A stretch of 60,927 nucleotides of DNA, filler included. It is 5 parts of 5 records of this genome, joined end to end, with 100 filler letters (N's around TTAATTAATTAA, not from the genome) between each part and the next. Parts side by side here need not be neighbours in the genome. Positions count along the whole stretch, not along the records: positions 46,027 to 55,438 come from SRR20825006_2078; positions 55,539 to 60,927 come from SRR20825006_2092; 3 more parts are not named here. The stretch is one strand, 5' to 3'. Below, in pieces: positions 52,067-60,927 of the stretch (position 1 is its first letter; every line of letters begins with the position of its first letter). A program made the position numbers and the translations under genes. The notes beneath the pieces were generated by a model. It ran no database searches. It was not told where the DNA came from and saw only the letters and a list, made by a program, of their open reading frames with translations.

Positions 52067-53479
52067 TCACCCAATCTCATACGGCACCACGCTCCGTCTA
52101 TCGGCCGGAACCGAGATGCCCGCCGCCATGGGCGGCACCGAGCGTTGCGGGCAGTTGCGGCGCTCGCAAATGCGGCAGGAGACGCCGATTGGATCGAACG
52201 GGGCCCTGGCCAGATCCAGGTCATCGGCATAGACCAGTTTTCCGGCATGGGTGATTTCGCAGCCCAGCGCATAGGCATAGCGCCGCGTTACCCCCCGATA
52301 ACCGCCCAGGCGTTTTTCGTGGCTCCAAGCGAGACACAGATATTGCTTGCCGTCGGGCGTCTCGGCCAATTGCCTTATGATCTGGCCATGCGCCTCAAAC
52401 GCCCGATGCACGTTCCACAAGGGGCAGGCGCCGCCGAAACGGGCAAATTGCAGGGCGGTGGCCGAATGGCGCTTGGTAATGGTGCCCGCCGCATCAACTC
52501 TGGCGAAAAAGAACGGCACGCCGCGCTCGCGGGAGCGCTGCATGGTCGAGAGGCGATGGGCCACCTGTTCAAGGCTGGCGCCGAAGACGCGCGCCAGTTC
52601 CTCGATATCGAAGCGATGCTCGGCCGCCGCCGCGAGAAAGGCGCGATAGGGCATCTGCACCGCGCCGGCGAAATAATTGGCCAGCCCCATGCGGGCAATG
52701 GGCCGGGCCTCCGGGGCCTGAAAATTGGCGGCATCTAGCAGACTTTCAAGCAGGCTCGCCTGTTCCAGCCCACACAGCACCGTGGCGATCTGGAAGAACT
52801 GGCTGGACGGTTCAAGATGGGCATTGACCCAGAGCTCGCGGCTCTTGCGATCAAACTCGGTCATGCGGTCGCCATGCGCCGGGGCCGCCAAGGTGACGCG
52901 GATATTGTGCATTTCCGCACAATGCTGGATCAGCCGGCGCAGCCGGTCCGGGCCAATCTCGCCCAGCGCGTCGGCAAGAGTTTCGGCGGCGCGGTCGAGG
53001 GGGTCGATGTAGTTGTCGGCATAGTGGAAGAAGTCGCGCACTTCCTCATAGGCCGTCTGCACATTGGATTGCGGATCGCGTGCCAGCGCCGCGTCCATGC
53101 CGGCCAGTGTCTCATTGGTCTTGCGATAGGCGCCATAAAGCGCGAGCACCGCACGGGCCATGTCCGGGGCGCTGGTGGCGACGGTCTTGAGTTCCTGCAG
53201 ATTGGGCACGGCATCACCGAATACCGGGTCGGCCAGCGCTTCGCGCAGATCGACCACCAGGCGATCCGAAGCATCCGAGGTCAGGCTGGAGAGATCGAGA
53301 TTGAAGCTTTCGGCCAGCGCCACCATCACCGAGGCGGTCAGCGGCCGCTGGTTGGATTCGAGCTGGTTGACATAGGACGCCGAGATGTCGAGCCGCGTCG
53401 CCAGCTCGGCCTGGGTCAGGCGATGCTGGGCGCGCAGGGCCCGCAAACGGGCACCGGCAAAGACCTTTTTCGGGGCCAA
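52067..53479 (-). CDS. Short-chain fatty acyl-CoA regulator (ScfR; PrpR/PccR/RamB type)
   Basis: N-terminal XRE HTH, EEVRDFF, ANYFAGA..MPY, GGACPLW, C-terminal [12 protein letters not shown]; divergent from prpD. Confidence 0.9.
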   Translation of the reverse strand: MAPKKVFAGARLRALRAQHRLTQAELATRLDISASYVNQLESNQRPLTASVMVALAESFNLDLSSLTSDASDRLVVDLREALADPVFGDAVPNLQELKTVATSAPDMARAVLALYGAYRKTNETLAGMDAALARDPQSNVQTAYEEVRDFFHYADNYIDPLDRAAETLADALGEIGPDRLRRLIQHCAEMHNIRVTLAAPAHGDRMTEFDRKSRELWVNAHLEPSSQFFQIATVLCGLEQASLLESLLDAANFQAPEARPIARMGLANYFAGAVQMPYRAFLAAAAEHRFDIEELARVFGASLEQVAHRLSTMQRSRERGVPFFFARVDAAGTITKRHSATALQFARFGGACPLWNVHRAFEAHGQIIRQLAETPDGKQYLCLAWSHEKRLGGYRGVTRRYAYALGCEITHAGKLVYADDLDLARAPFDPIGVSCRICERRNCPQRSVPPMAAGISVPADRRSVVPYEIG

Positions 53480-53481
53480 TC

Positions 53482-53511
53482 TTTACAACTCCACAATATT
53501 GCAAACTTTGC
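53482..53511. promoter_or_regulatory. Candidate ScfR operator (TTTGCAAA-like boxes)
   Basis: TTTACAAC at 53482 and ATTGCAAA-CTTTGC at 53498-53511 in the divergent intergenic region. Confidence 0.35.
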
Positions 53512-53606
53512 TTTGTGTGATTGTAGCAGGCTTGCCTTTTCCTGTCTTGGGTCAGACCCATTCTGCCTATATGGTCCGCCGCAAAATTGCCGAACGGAGA
53601 GCAGCC

Positions 53607-55106
53607 ATGAAAATCCACGACGTGCGCACCTACAAGTCCGCCGAGCCCCTGCCGCGCGAGAACCAGCTCGCCTGGAAGCTGGCCGCTGTCGCGACCGATC
53701 CGGTGCCGGTCGAGGACGATGTCGTCGAGATGATCGGCAACCGCATCATCGACAATGCTGCCGTTGCCGCCGCCTCCATCGCCCGTGGCCCGATCCGCTC
53801 GGCCCGTGCGCAGGCGCTGGGCCATAAGTCAGATCGTGGCGCCCCGATCTTCGGCCTGGGCGATGACACCCTGGTGTCGCCCGAATGGGCCGCCTGGGCC
53901 AATGGCGTTGCGGTGCGGGAACTCGATTTCCACGACACGTTCCTTGCCGCCGATTACAGCCATCCGGGCGACAATATCCCGCCGATCCTGGCCGTGGCGC
54001 AGACCAAGGGGCTCGACGGCGCAGCTCTCGTGCGGGGCCTGGCCGCCGGCTATGAAATCCAGGTCGATCTGGTGAAAGGCATTTGCCTGCACGAACACAA
54101 GATCGACCATATCGCCCATCTCGGCCCCTCGGCGGCCGGTGGCATTGGTGCCCTGCTCGGTCTCTCCACCGAGATCACCTATCAGGCGATCCAGCAGGCC
54201 CTGCACACCACGACCACCACGCGCCAGTCCCGCAAGGGCGAGATTTCGACCTGGAAGGCCTATGCCCCGGCCTTTGCCGGCAAGATGGCCATCGAGGCGG
54301 TCGACCGTGCCATGCGCGGGGAAGGCGCGCCCTCGCCGGCCTATGAGGGCGAGGACGGCTTCATCGCCTGGCTGCTGTCCGGCCCCAAGGCACTCTACCA
54401 GGTACCCCTGCCGGAACAGGGCGAAGCCAAGCGCGCGATTCTGGACACCTATACCAAGGAATATTCGGCCGAGTATCAGAGCCAGGCGCTGATCGATCTG
54501 GCCCGCCGCATGGGCCCCAAGATTGCAGACCTGACCAAGATCAAGTCGATCCTGATCAAGACCAGCCATCACACCCATTATGTGATCGGCACCGGCGCCA
54601 ATGATCCCCAGAAGATGGACCCCAAGGCCAGCCGCGAAACGCTGGATCACTCGATCATGTATATCTTCGCGGTGGCGCTGGAAGATGGCGGCTGGCACCA
54701 TGTGAACAGCTATGCCCCCGAGCGCGCCCAGCGCCCGGAAACCGTTGCGCTCTGGCACAAGATCACCACCGAGGAAGACCCGATCTGGACCCAGCGCTAC
54801 CACGCCAAGGGCGAGGACATGGCCTATGGCGGGCAGGTGATCGTCACCATGGAAGATGGTTCGGTGATTTCCGACGAGCTGGGCGTGGCCGACGCCCACC
54901 CCAATGGCGCCCGCCCCTTCAAGCGCGCCAACTATATCGAGAAGTTCCGCACCCTCAGCGAGGGCATTGTCTCAAGGGAGGAACAGGACCGGTTCCTCGA
55001 TCTGGTCGAACGCCTGCCCACCCTGACTTCGGCAGAGGTCAAGGCGCTCAATTTCGTGGTGACGCCGGACCAGCTTGGCCCGGAAGCCCCCGCAGGGATC
55101 TTCTAA
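53607..55106 (+). CDS. prpD: 2-methylcitrate dehydratase (MmgE/PrpD)
   Basis: [34 protein letters not shown]; start ATG 53607 after GGAGAG; followed by methylcitrate synthase. Confidence 0.92.
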   Translation: MKIHDVRTYKSAEPLPRENQLAWKLAAVATDPVPVEDDVVEMIGNRIIDNAAVAAASIARGPIRSARAQALGHKSDRGAPIFGLGDDTLVSPEWAAWANGVAVRELDFHDTFLAADYSHPGDNIPPILAVAQTKGLDGAALVRGLAAGYEIQVDLVKGICLHEHKIDHIAHLGPSAAGGIGALLGLSTEITYQAIQQALHTTTTTRQSRKGEISTWKAYAPAFAGKMAIEAVDRAMRGEGAPSPAYEGEDGFIAWLLSGPKALYQVPLPEQGEAKRAILDTYTKEYSAEYQSQALIDLARRMGPKIADLTKIKSILIKTSHHTHYVIGTGANDPQKMDPKASRETLDHSIMYIFAVALEDGGWHHVNSYAPERAQRPETVALWHKITTEEDPIWTQRYHAKGEDMAYGGQVIVTMEDGSVISDELGVADAHPNGARPFKRANYIEKFRTLSEGIVSREEQDRFLDLVERLPTLTSAEVKALNFVVTPDQLGPEAPAGIF

Positions 55107-55117
55107 AGGAGGCGAAG

Positions 55118-55438
55118 ATGACCGAAGCACCAGGCTTCAAACCCAAGAAATCCGTTGCCCTCTCGGGCGTCACCGCCGGCAATACGGCGCTCTGCACCGT
55201 GGGGCGTACCGGCAATGACCTGCATTATCGCGGCTATGACATTCTCGACCTGGCCGAAACCAGCGAGTTCGAGGAGGTCGCCCACCTGCTCGTTCATGGC
55301 ACCCTGCCCACGCAGGCCCAGTTGACCGCCTACAAGGCGCGGCTCAAATCCATGCGCGGTCTGCCCCAGGCCGTGCGCGCCGCGCTCGAGGCCCTGCCCG
55401 CGGCCGCCCATCCGATGGACGTGATGCGCACCGGCGTT
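55118..55438 (+). CDS. prpC: 2-methylcitrate synthase, 3'-truncated
   Basis: KPKKSVALSGV.AGNTALCTVG..GNDLHYRGYDI, HPMDVMRTGV. Confidence 0.93.
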
Positions 55439-55538
55439 NNNNNNNNNNNNNNNNNNNNNNNNNNNNNNNNNNNNNNNNNNNNTTAATTAATTAANNNNNN
55501 NNNNNNNNNNNNNNNNNNNNNNNNNNNNNNNNNNNNNN
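55439..55538. other. Artificial contig spacer
   Basis: N run + TTAATTAATTAA + N run. Confidence 0.98.
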
Positions 55539-55539
55539 C

Positions 55540-56139
55540 AAGATCGCCTATTACGGCTTCTCGAACTTCCTCGGCTGGCAGCTCACCAAGGCCGTCTGGA
55601 TCGCCAAACTGCAGGGCTTCGCTCCGCCCGTGACCCTGCAGCCGCAATACAACTTGCTCGTTCGCGACATCGAGCACGAAATCGTTCCGGCCTGCGAAGA
55701 CGCCAACATGGGTCTTCTGCCGTGGTCGCCGCTTGGCGGCGGCTGGCTCTCGGGTAAATACAAGCGCGACCAGATGCCCACCGGCGTCAGCCGTCTGGGT
55801 GAAAATCCCAAGCGCGGCATGGAGGCCTACGAAGCCCGCAATGCGCAGTCGCGCACTTGGGACATCATCGGGGCCGTCGAAGACATCGCCAGAGCGCGCG
55901 GCGTCAGCATGGCGCAGGTCGCGCTCGCCTGGACGGCAGCCCAGCCCGCGGTGACCTCGGTGATCCTCGGTGTCCGCACCGAACAACAGCTCAACGACAA
56001 TCTCGGTGCCGCAGACCTGGTCCTGACGGCCGAGGAACTGGATCGACTGGTCACGGTCAGCAAGCCGGGCATGGCGGACTATCCCTATGGGACCGGCGGC
56101 ATAAGCCAGCGCCACCGCAAGATCGAAGGCGGACGCTGA
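55540..56139 (+). CDS. Aldo/keto reductase, 5'-truncated
   Basis: KIAYYGFSN, QPQYNLL.R, PWSPLGGG.LSGKY, AQVALAW, QL.DNL. Confidence 0.9.
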   Translation, partial: KIAYYGFSNFLGWQLTKAVWIAKLQGFAPPVTLQPQYNLLVRDIEHEIVPACEDANMGLLPWSPLGGGWLSGKYKRDQMPTGVSRLGENPKRGMEAYEARNAQSRTWDIIGAVEDIARARGVSMAQVALAWTAAQPAVTSVILGVRTEQQLNDNLGAADLVLTAEELDRLVTVSKPGMADYPYGTGGISQRHRKIEGGR

Positions 56140-56208
56140 TCGCTTGGCTTACGGCCCCCGCGCGTCCATGCCGGGGCCGTATTCTCTCTTGCTTGAGGGG
56201 CAGCAAAA

Positions 56209-57246
56209 GTGATGTCTATGCCGCCAATGACCGAAATCGCCGCTGCCCTGATTCCCGATTTTGACCTGACCGCCCACAACACCCTGGCGCTGCGGGCCCG
56301 TTCGCGCTTCGGCGTGATGATTGATCGGCCCGAACTGTTGCCGGCACTCTTCGATCATGTCGCGGCGCAGAACCTGCCAGTGCGCGTACTCGGCGGTGGC
56401 AGCAATGTCGTGCTGGCGCCCGTCTTCGATGGCATCACCGCCCTGCTCGCGCTGCGTGGCCGATCGATCATTGATCAGACAAGCGAAGCCACGTTGATCG
56501 AGGCCGCAGCAAGTGAACCCTGGCACGATCTCGTGCGATGGACGGTGGACCAGGGCCTTGGCGGCCTTGAAAACCTGGCGCTCATTCCGGGCACGGTCGG
56601 CGCTGCGCCAGTACAGAATATCGGTGCCTATGGGGCCGAACTGGCCGACATCTTCCACTCACTGACCGCCTATGACCGGGCGTCGGGCGCCACATTGACC
56701 TTTGACAAGGAAGATTGCGCCTTCGGTTATCGCGACAGCACCTTCAAACGGCATCCGAACCGGTATGTCGTTCTCGCGGTCCGCATTGCTTTGCCCACCT
56801 CCTGGACACCCAATCTGGGGTTCGCCGGCCTCTCTGATCTCGCGGATACGACGGACATCAGCCCTCGAGCAGTGATGGATCGCGTTATTGCGCTGCGCAC
56901 CAGCAAGCTCCCCGACTGGCGAGAAACGCCCAATGCCGGTTCCTTCTTCCAGAACCCGATCGTGACAACCGCCGAAGCTGCTCCGGTGCTCAGTGAATTT
57001 CCATCCGCACCCTGCTATCCGCAGTCTGATGGCCGGGTAAAACTCTCGGCAGGCTGGCTGATCGAGAAATGCGGTCTCAAGGGCCACCGCATCGGCCCGG
57101 CGGGCATTTCCGAGCGCCACGCTCTGGTCCTCGTCAATCATGGCGGCGCACAGCAGGTAGACATTGCCGCACTTGCCAGCCACATCAAGCAAACGGTCCA
57201 GGCCCGTTTCGGCATTGCGCTGCACGAAGAACCGATCTTCCTCTAG
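56209..57246 (+). CDS. murB: UDP-N-acetylenolpyruvoylglucosamine reductase (long, E. coli-like type); exact start uncertain
   Basis: HNT, LGGGSN, GLENLALIPGTVGAAPVQNIGAYG, FGYRDS.FK, NAGSFF.NP, HALVLVN. Confidence 0.93.
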   Translation: MMSMPPMTEIAAALIPDFDLTAHNTLALRARSRFGVMIDRPELLPALFDHVAAQNLPVRVLGGGSNVVLAPVFDGITALLALRGRSIIDQTSEATLIEAAASEPWHDLVRWTVDQGLGGLENLALIPGTVGAAPVQNIGAYGAELADIFHSLTAYDRASGATLTFDKEDCAFGYRDSTFKRHPNRYVVLAVRIALPTSWTPNLGFAGLSDLADTTDISPRAVMDRVIALRTSKLPDWRETPNAGSFFQNPIVTTAEAAPVLSEFPSAPCYPQSDGRVKLSAGWLIEKCGLKGHRIGPAGISERHALVLVNHGGAQQVDIAALASHIKQTVQARFGIALHEEPIFL

Positions 57247-58382
57247 TTGTAGCGCAGCGCCACCAATTGCCCGCTGGACCACTCGATCTGCCCGCCAATA
57301 TCAAGCTCGAGCAGCAGGATCTGCATCGCCTGCGGCGCGATACCGGTCTGGGTGATCAACTCGTCGATATCCACCGGCGTCGTGCTCAGGGCCTGCAGCA
57401 ATTTGCCCTGGTCATCCGCCGCCGGCTCGCGCTGCTCGGCGGCTTCGTCCGGCTGCCATTCCGGTTCGAACAAGGCATGGCGGGCCGGGTCGGCACTGCT
57501 CACCACCTCGATGATATCCGCTGCGCTGGTGACGAGCCGTGCACCTTGCTGGATCAGCAGATTGCCGCCCTCGGCCCTTGGATCAAGTGGCGAGCCAGGT
57601 ACTGCAAAGACATCGCGGTTCTGTTCCAGGGCGAGCCGGGCGGTGATCAGCGAGCCGGAGCGCTTCGCCGCCTCAACCACTACAACACCCAGCGACAAGC
57701 CGGAAACCAGGCGGTTACGCCTCGGAAAGTCACGCGATCGTGGCTCCCAGCCCAGCGGCATTTCGGTCAGCAAGGCGCCGCCATTGTCCAGAATGTCGTG
57801 CGCAAGCGGAATATTCTCCTCGGGATAGATGCGATCAAAGCCCCCCGCGAGCACGGCAATCGTCCCCGTCTCCAGGCTGGCCCGATGCGCCGCGGCATCA
57901 ATCCCCCGCGCCAGACCAGAAACGACGCTATAGCCCCCCGCACCGAGATCGCCCGCCAGCATGCGAGTGATCTTCACCCCGGCGCTCGACGCATTGCGCG
58001 CGCCGACAATACCAACCGTGCGGCGCCAATCGAGCCGTTCGCCCCCCGCCAGGGTCAACAATGGCGGAGCCCCGGAAATCTGCAGCAAATGTTCGGGATA
58101 GCCCGTCTCGCCCTGCCCCACCAGGCGGGCACCATAGCGGTCGAGGCCTGCGATCTCATCCTCGGCCCGCGTCTGGCTGATCGCCTGCATGGGACGCCCG
58201 GCCTTGGCGCTGATATCGGGAAGCGCCTCCAGCGCTGCCTCTGCCGAACCAAACCGATTGAGCAACTGCCGGAAAGTCACCGGACCGATGTTCTCAGTGC
58301 GGATCAACCGCAACCAGGCGATGCGTTGGGCGGGCGTCAATTCTCTGGTCACCCGCTCTCTGGTCACCCGCCCGGCCTGCAT
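57243..58382 (-). CDS. dprA: DNA-processing protein DprA
   Basis: IGPVTF, IVGARNAS, VVSGLARGID, FPRRNRLVSG, VEAAKRSGSLITA, GGNLLIQQGA. Confidence 0.95.
   Translation of the reverse strand: MQAGRVTRERVTRELTPAQRIAWLRLIRTENIGPVTFRQLLNRFGSAEAALEALPDISAKAGRPMQAISQTRAEDEIAGLDRYGARLVGQGETGYPEHLLQISGAPPLLTLAGGERLDWRRTVGIVGARNASSAGVKITRMLAGDLGAGGYSVVSGLARGIDAAAHRASLETGTIAVLAGGFDRIYPEENIPLAHDILDNGGALLTEMPLGWEPRSRDFPRRNRLVSGLSLGVVVVEAAKRSGSLITARLALEQNRDVFAVPGSPLDPRAEGGNLLIQQGARLVTSAADIIEVVSSADPARHALFEPEWQPDEAAEQREPAADDQGKLLQALSTTPVDIDELITQTGIAPQAMQILLLELDIGGQIEWSSGQLVALRYN
58342..58371. repeat. 15-bp tandem duplication at the dprA 5' end
   Basis: TCTCTGGTCACCCGC x2, giving RVTRE-RVTRE. Confidence 0.85.
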
Positions 58383-58990
58383 CAGCCTGCCTTCTTGTCG
58401 CCGCCAATGGTCGGCTCGGTCCCCTTGAGCAGGCGGGCGATATTCTCCCGATGCTGGAAGAACAGCAGCAGCGCCAACCCGGTCACCACCAATGCCAATC
58501 GCTCACCATTGAACACATAGGCAAAGATTGGCGCCGTCGCTGCGGCCGTCAGTGCCGCCAGCGACGAGATCTTGCGGGTAAAGGCGATCAACAGCCACAC
58601 AGCGCAGAAAATCAGTCCAGCGGGCCAGCTCAGCGCCAGCAGGGACCCGATCATCACTGCCACTCCCTTGCCGCCCTTGAAGCCGATCCACACCGGAAAA
58701 CAATGGCCGAGAAAGGCCCCGAGCGCCGCAAACCGCGCCGCGTCTTCGCCCCAGAAATAGCGCGCGATCAGAATGGGGGCGACAGCCTTGAGCGCATCGA
58801 GCACCAGCGTCGCGGCCGCAACGGGCCTGTTGCCAGTGCGTAGCACATTGGTCGCGCCGATATTGCCCGAGCCGATGGAACGGATATCGCCCATTCCCGC
58901 CGCCTGGGTCAGGATTAGGCCAAACGGGATCGAGCCTGAGAGGTAGCCCAGCACCAGTGCAAAGATCAGCGGCAGAATTTCGGCGGGCAT
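58382..58990 (-). CDS. plsY: Glycerol-3-phosphate acyltransferase
   Basis: [23 protein letters not shown]...[15 protein letters not shown]. Confidence 0.96.
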   Translation of the reverse strand: MPAEILPLIFALVLGYLSGSIPFGLILTQAAGMGDIRSIGSGNIGATNVLRTGNRPVAAATLVLDALKAVAPILIARYFWGEDAARFAALGAFLGHCFPVWIGFKGGKGVAVMIGSLLALSWPAGLIFCAVWLLIAFTRKISSLAALTAAATAPIFAYVFNGERLALVVTGLALLLFFQHRENIARLLKGTEPTIGGDKKAG

Positions 58991-59151
58991 GAAGTGACCC
59001 CCTCCTCATGGCTTTACGCCAAGGTCTAGCCTCTCAATGCCCGATGTCACAAGAGGGTGAACCGATTTGCGCACTGCCGCGTGGCAGTCCCGGTTTGGCA
59101 AAACCCCACCGATCCCCTACATAAGAGGCAATTTTCAGAAACACCCTATTC

Positions 59152-60927
59152 ATGGCCAAATCCCCAAAACCAAAGAACACCTCCGGTCCCAAACGCCCGC
59201 GCCTGCCCGTGGCCGATCGGCTCCCCACGCGCGAGCAATTGCTCGAAGCACTGGCTCAGGAAGACAATATCAAGGGCAAGCGCGACCTGGCCAAGGTCTT
59301 CGGCATACGCGGCGATCTGCGACGTCCCTTCAAGGCCATGCTGGCCGAGCTTGAAGGTGAAGGCGTCATCACGCGCACCCGCAAGGCACTCCGCCGCACC
59401 GCCGCCTTGCCCCATGTCACCGTGCTCGACATTCCCGGCGATGCCGACCCCGACGACTTGCATGCCTTCCCGGCGCAGTGGAACCCGGAAGAAGGCGAGA
59501 TGCCGCGCGTTCGGGTGCTTGTTGGCCCGCATGCCCGCGTCGTTCCTGCACCTGGAGACCGCATCCTGGCCCGGATCGATGCCGGGGAAGACGCTGTTCC
59601 GGACTACACAGCCAAGCCGATGAAGGTGCTCGACAAGCCGCGTCGCGCCCATATTGGCATCGTCCGCAAGGATGACGACGGCGCTCGGCTGATCCCGGTG
59701 GACCGCAAGCAGAAGGAAATGCGTATCGCCATAGGCGACCTCGGCGAGGCCAGCGATGGCGATCTGGTGGAAGTGGAAGTGAAATTTAACGGCCGCCTGA
59801 TGATTCCGCGTGCCCGCGTCACCGCGGTCATTGGCAATCCGCATTCGGAAGGCGCCATCTCCCTGATCGCCATCCACAATCTCGAAATACCCCACGTCTT
59901 TCCGCAAAGCGTCGTCCGCGAAGCCGAGGAAGCTAAGGAAGCCACCCTCAAGGGCCGCGAGGATTGGCGCGACCTGCCCCTCATCACTATCGATCCAGCC
60001 GACGCCAAGGACCACGACGATGCAGTTCACGCCGCCCCCGACGATGACGAGAAAAACCAGGGTGGCTATGTCGTTACGGTCGCCATCGCCGACGTGGCGG
60101 CATATGTGAGGTCCGGTACGGCGCTCGATCGCGAAGCCTATCTGCGCGGCAATTCGGTCTATTTTCCGGACCGTGTTGTCCCCATGCTGCCAGAGCGCAT
60201 TTCCAACGAGCTGTGCTCGCTGAAGGAAGGCGTGCCGCGTGCGGCCCTTGCCGTTCGCATGGTGCTCGGCGCTGACGGCCGCAAGAAGAGCCACAGCTTC
60301 CACCGCATCCTCATGCGCTCGGCCGCCAAACTGTCCTACCAACAGGCCCAGGCGGCAATCGACGGCAATCCCGATGATCAGACCGGCCCGTTGCTCGATC
60401 CCATCCTGAGACCTCTTTGGAATGCCTATGCGGCTATGGCCGCGGCTCGCGACCAGCGTGGACCGCTCGACCTCGACCTGCCAGAACGAAAGATCCTGCT
60501 CGATGAGAAAGGACTGGTGCGTGACATTCATGTGCCCGAGCGCCTGGAGGCCCACCGTCTGATCGAGGAAATGATGATTGCCGCAAATGTGGCGGCGGCC
60601 GAGACGCTGGAGCAGAAGCGCAGCGAATTGCTCTATCGCGTGCACGACGAGCCTTCTTCAGAAAAGCTCCAGGCCCTCCGTGAATTTCTCGGCAGTCTCG
60701 ATATAGCAGTCAAGAAATCCGACAGCGTTCGCGCGTCCGACTTCAACGGCATTCTCCATCAGGCGCGCAAGGCCGGAAATATCGAACAAGTCAGCGAGAT
60801 GGTGCTGCGCAGCCAGGCCCAAGCGGAATATTCTGCCGAGAACTACGGGCATTTTGGCCTCAATCTTGACCGCTACGCTCATTTCACCTCGCCTATCCGC
60901 CGCTATGCCGACCTGATCGTGCACCGC
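59152..60927 (+). CDS. rnr: Ribonuclease R, 3'-truncated (absent from the ORF track because no stop is reached)
   Basis: Manual translation from ATG 59152: MAKSPKPK...; ITIDPADAKDHDDAV, RGNSVYFPDRVVPMLP, HRLIEEMMIAAN, YAHFTSPIRRYADLIVHR. Confidence 0.95.
   Translation, partial: MAKSPKPKNTSGPKRPRLPVADRLPTREQLLEALAQEDNIKGKRDLAKVFGIRGDLRRPFKAMLAELEGEGVITRTRKALRRTAALPHVTVLDIPGDADPDDLHAFPAQWNPEEGEMPRVRVLVGPHARVVPAPGDRILARIDAGEDAVPDYTAKPMKVLDKPRRAHIGIVRKDDDGARLIPVDRKQKEMRIAIGDLGEASDGDLVEVEVKFNGRLMIPRARVTAVIGNPHSEGAISLIAIHNLEIPHVFPQSVVREAEEAKEATLKGREDWRDLPLITIDPADAKDHDDAVHAAPDDDEKNQGGYVVTVAIADVAAYVRSGTALDREAYLRGNSVYFPDRVVPMLPERISNELCSLKEGVPRAALAVRMVLGADGRKKSHSFHRILMRSAAKLSYQQAQAAIDGNPDDQTGPLLDPILRPLWNAYAAMAAARDQRGPLDLDLPERKILLDEKGLVRDIHVPERLEAHRLIEEMMIAANVAAAETLEQKRSELLYRVHDEPSSEKLQALREFLGSLDIAVKKSDSVRASDFNGILHQARKAGNIEQVSEMVLRSQAQAEYSAENYGHFGLNLDRYAHFTSPIRRYADLIVHR

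Noticed and set aside
57069-58520. 483-aa plus-strand ORF, and similar long overlapping ORFs (30931-32031, 42919-43932, 44208-45296, 48340-49578, 53829-54899)
   Set aside because: They overlap well-supported genes on the opposite strand and have Arg/Gly/His-rich shadow composition
59146-60645. 499-aa minus-strand ORF
   Set aside because: Antisense shadow of the unlisted rnr frame on the plus strand
1-60927. CRISPR arrays, tRNA or rRNA genes
   Set aside because: No regularly spaced repeats or recognisable structural RNA genes in the short intergenic regions by eye; a covariance-model scan would be needed to exclude small ncRNAs

Overview
This window is not one genomic locus. It is five contigs joined by artificial spacers (44 N + TTAATTAATTAA + 44 N). 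Contig 1 (1-30385, AT-rich) is from a Bacteroidota/Flavobacteriia-type organism, judged from T9SS genes and TAnnTTTG promoters. It carries: a K+-dependent membrane pyrophosphatase with a Cys-rich tail; a photolyase; glycosyltransferases; PorP/SprF and a T9SS cargo; a five-gene copper locus (Cys-rich WQPP leader-like ORF, HMA-DUF3347 lipoprotein, CxxC-AraC regulator, Cu P1B-ATPase, multicopper oxidase with a barrel-like C-terminus); a complete hisGDCBHAF(IE) operon with a His-rich leader peptide and attenuator; an AT-rich DUF6119/TIGR04141-like orphan; a membrane-anchored protein with three M-x-[SG]-S-K-S repeats tightly coupled to a diiron sterol-desaturase-family gene; an S9 peptidase; and a MORN-variant protein. 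Contigs 2-5 are GC-rich and alphaproteobacterial. Contig 2 has thiolase-etfBA-crotonase-esterase converging on a leucine/MCC (liu) operon. Contig 3 has the dnaE2 C-terminus and a peptide ABC transporter with an M14 peptidase. Contig 4 has chvI/pckA, a SleB-like hydrolase with CtrA boxes, a HAD enzyme, selO, an ScfR regulator and prpDC. Contig 5 has an aldo-keto reductase, murB, dprA, plsY and rnr. The best candidates for undescribed biology are the MxSKS-repeat/desaturase pair, the Cys-rich WQPP putative metal-sensing arrest peptide, the DUF6119-like putative defence nuclease, the Cys-rich pyrophosphatase tail and a possible second (translational) layer in the his attenuator. All family calls are from motif recognition, not database searches. 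No rRNA, tRNA, CRISPR array or transposase was recognised.
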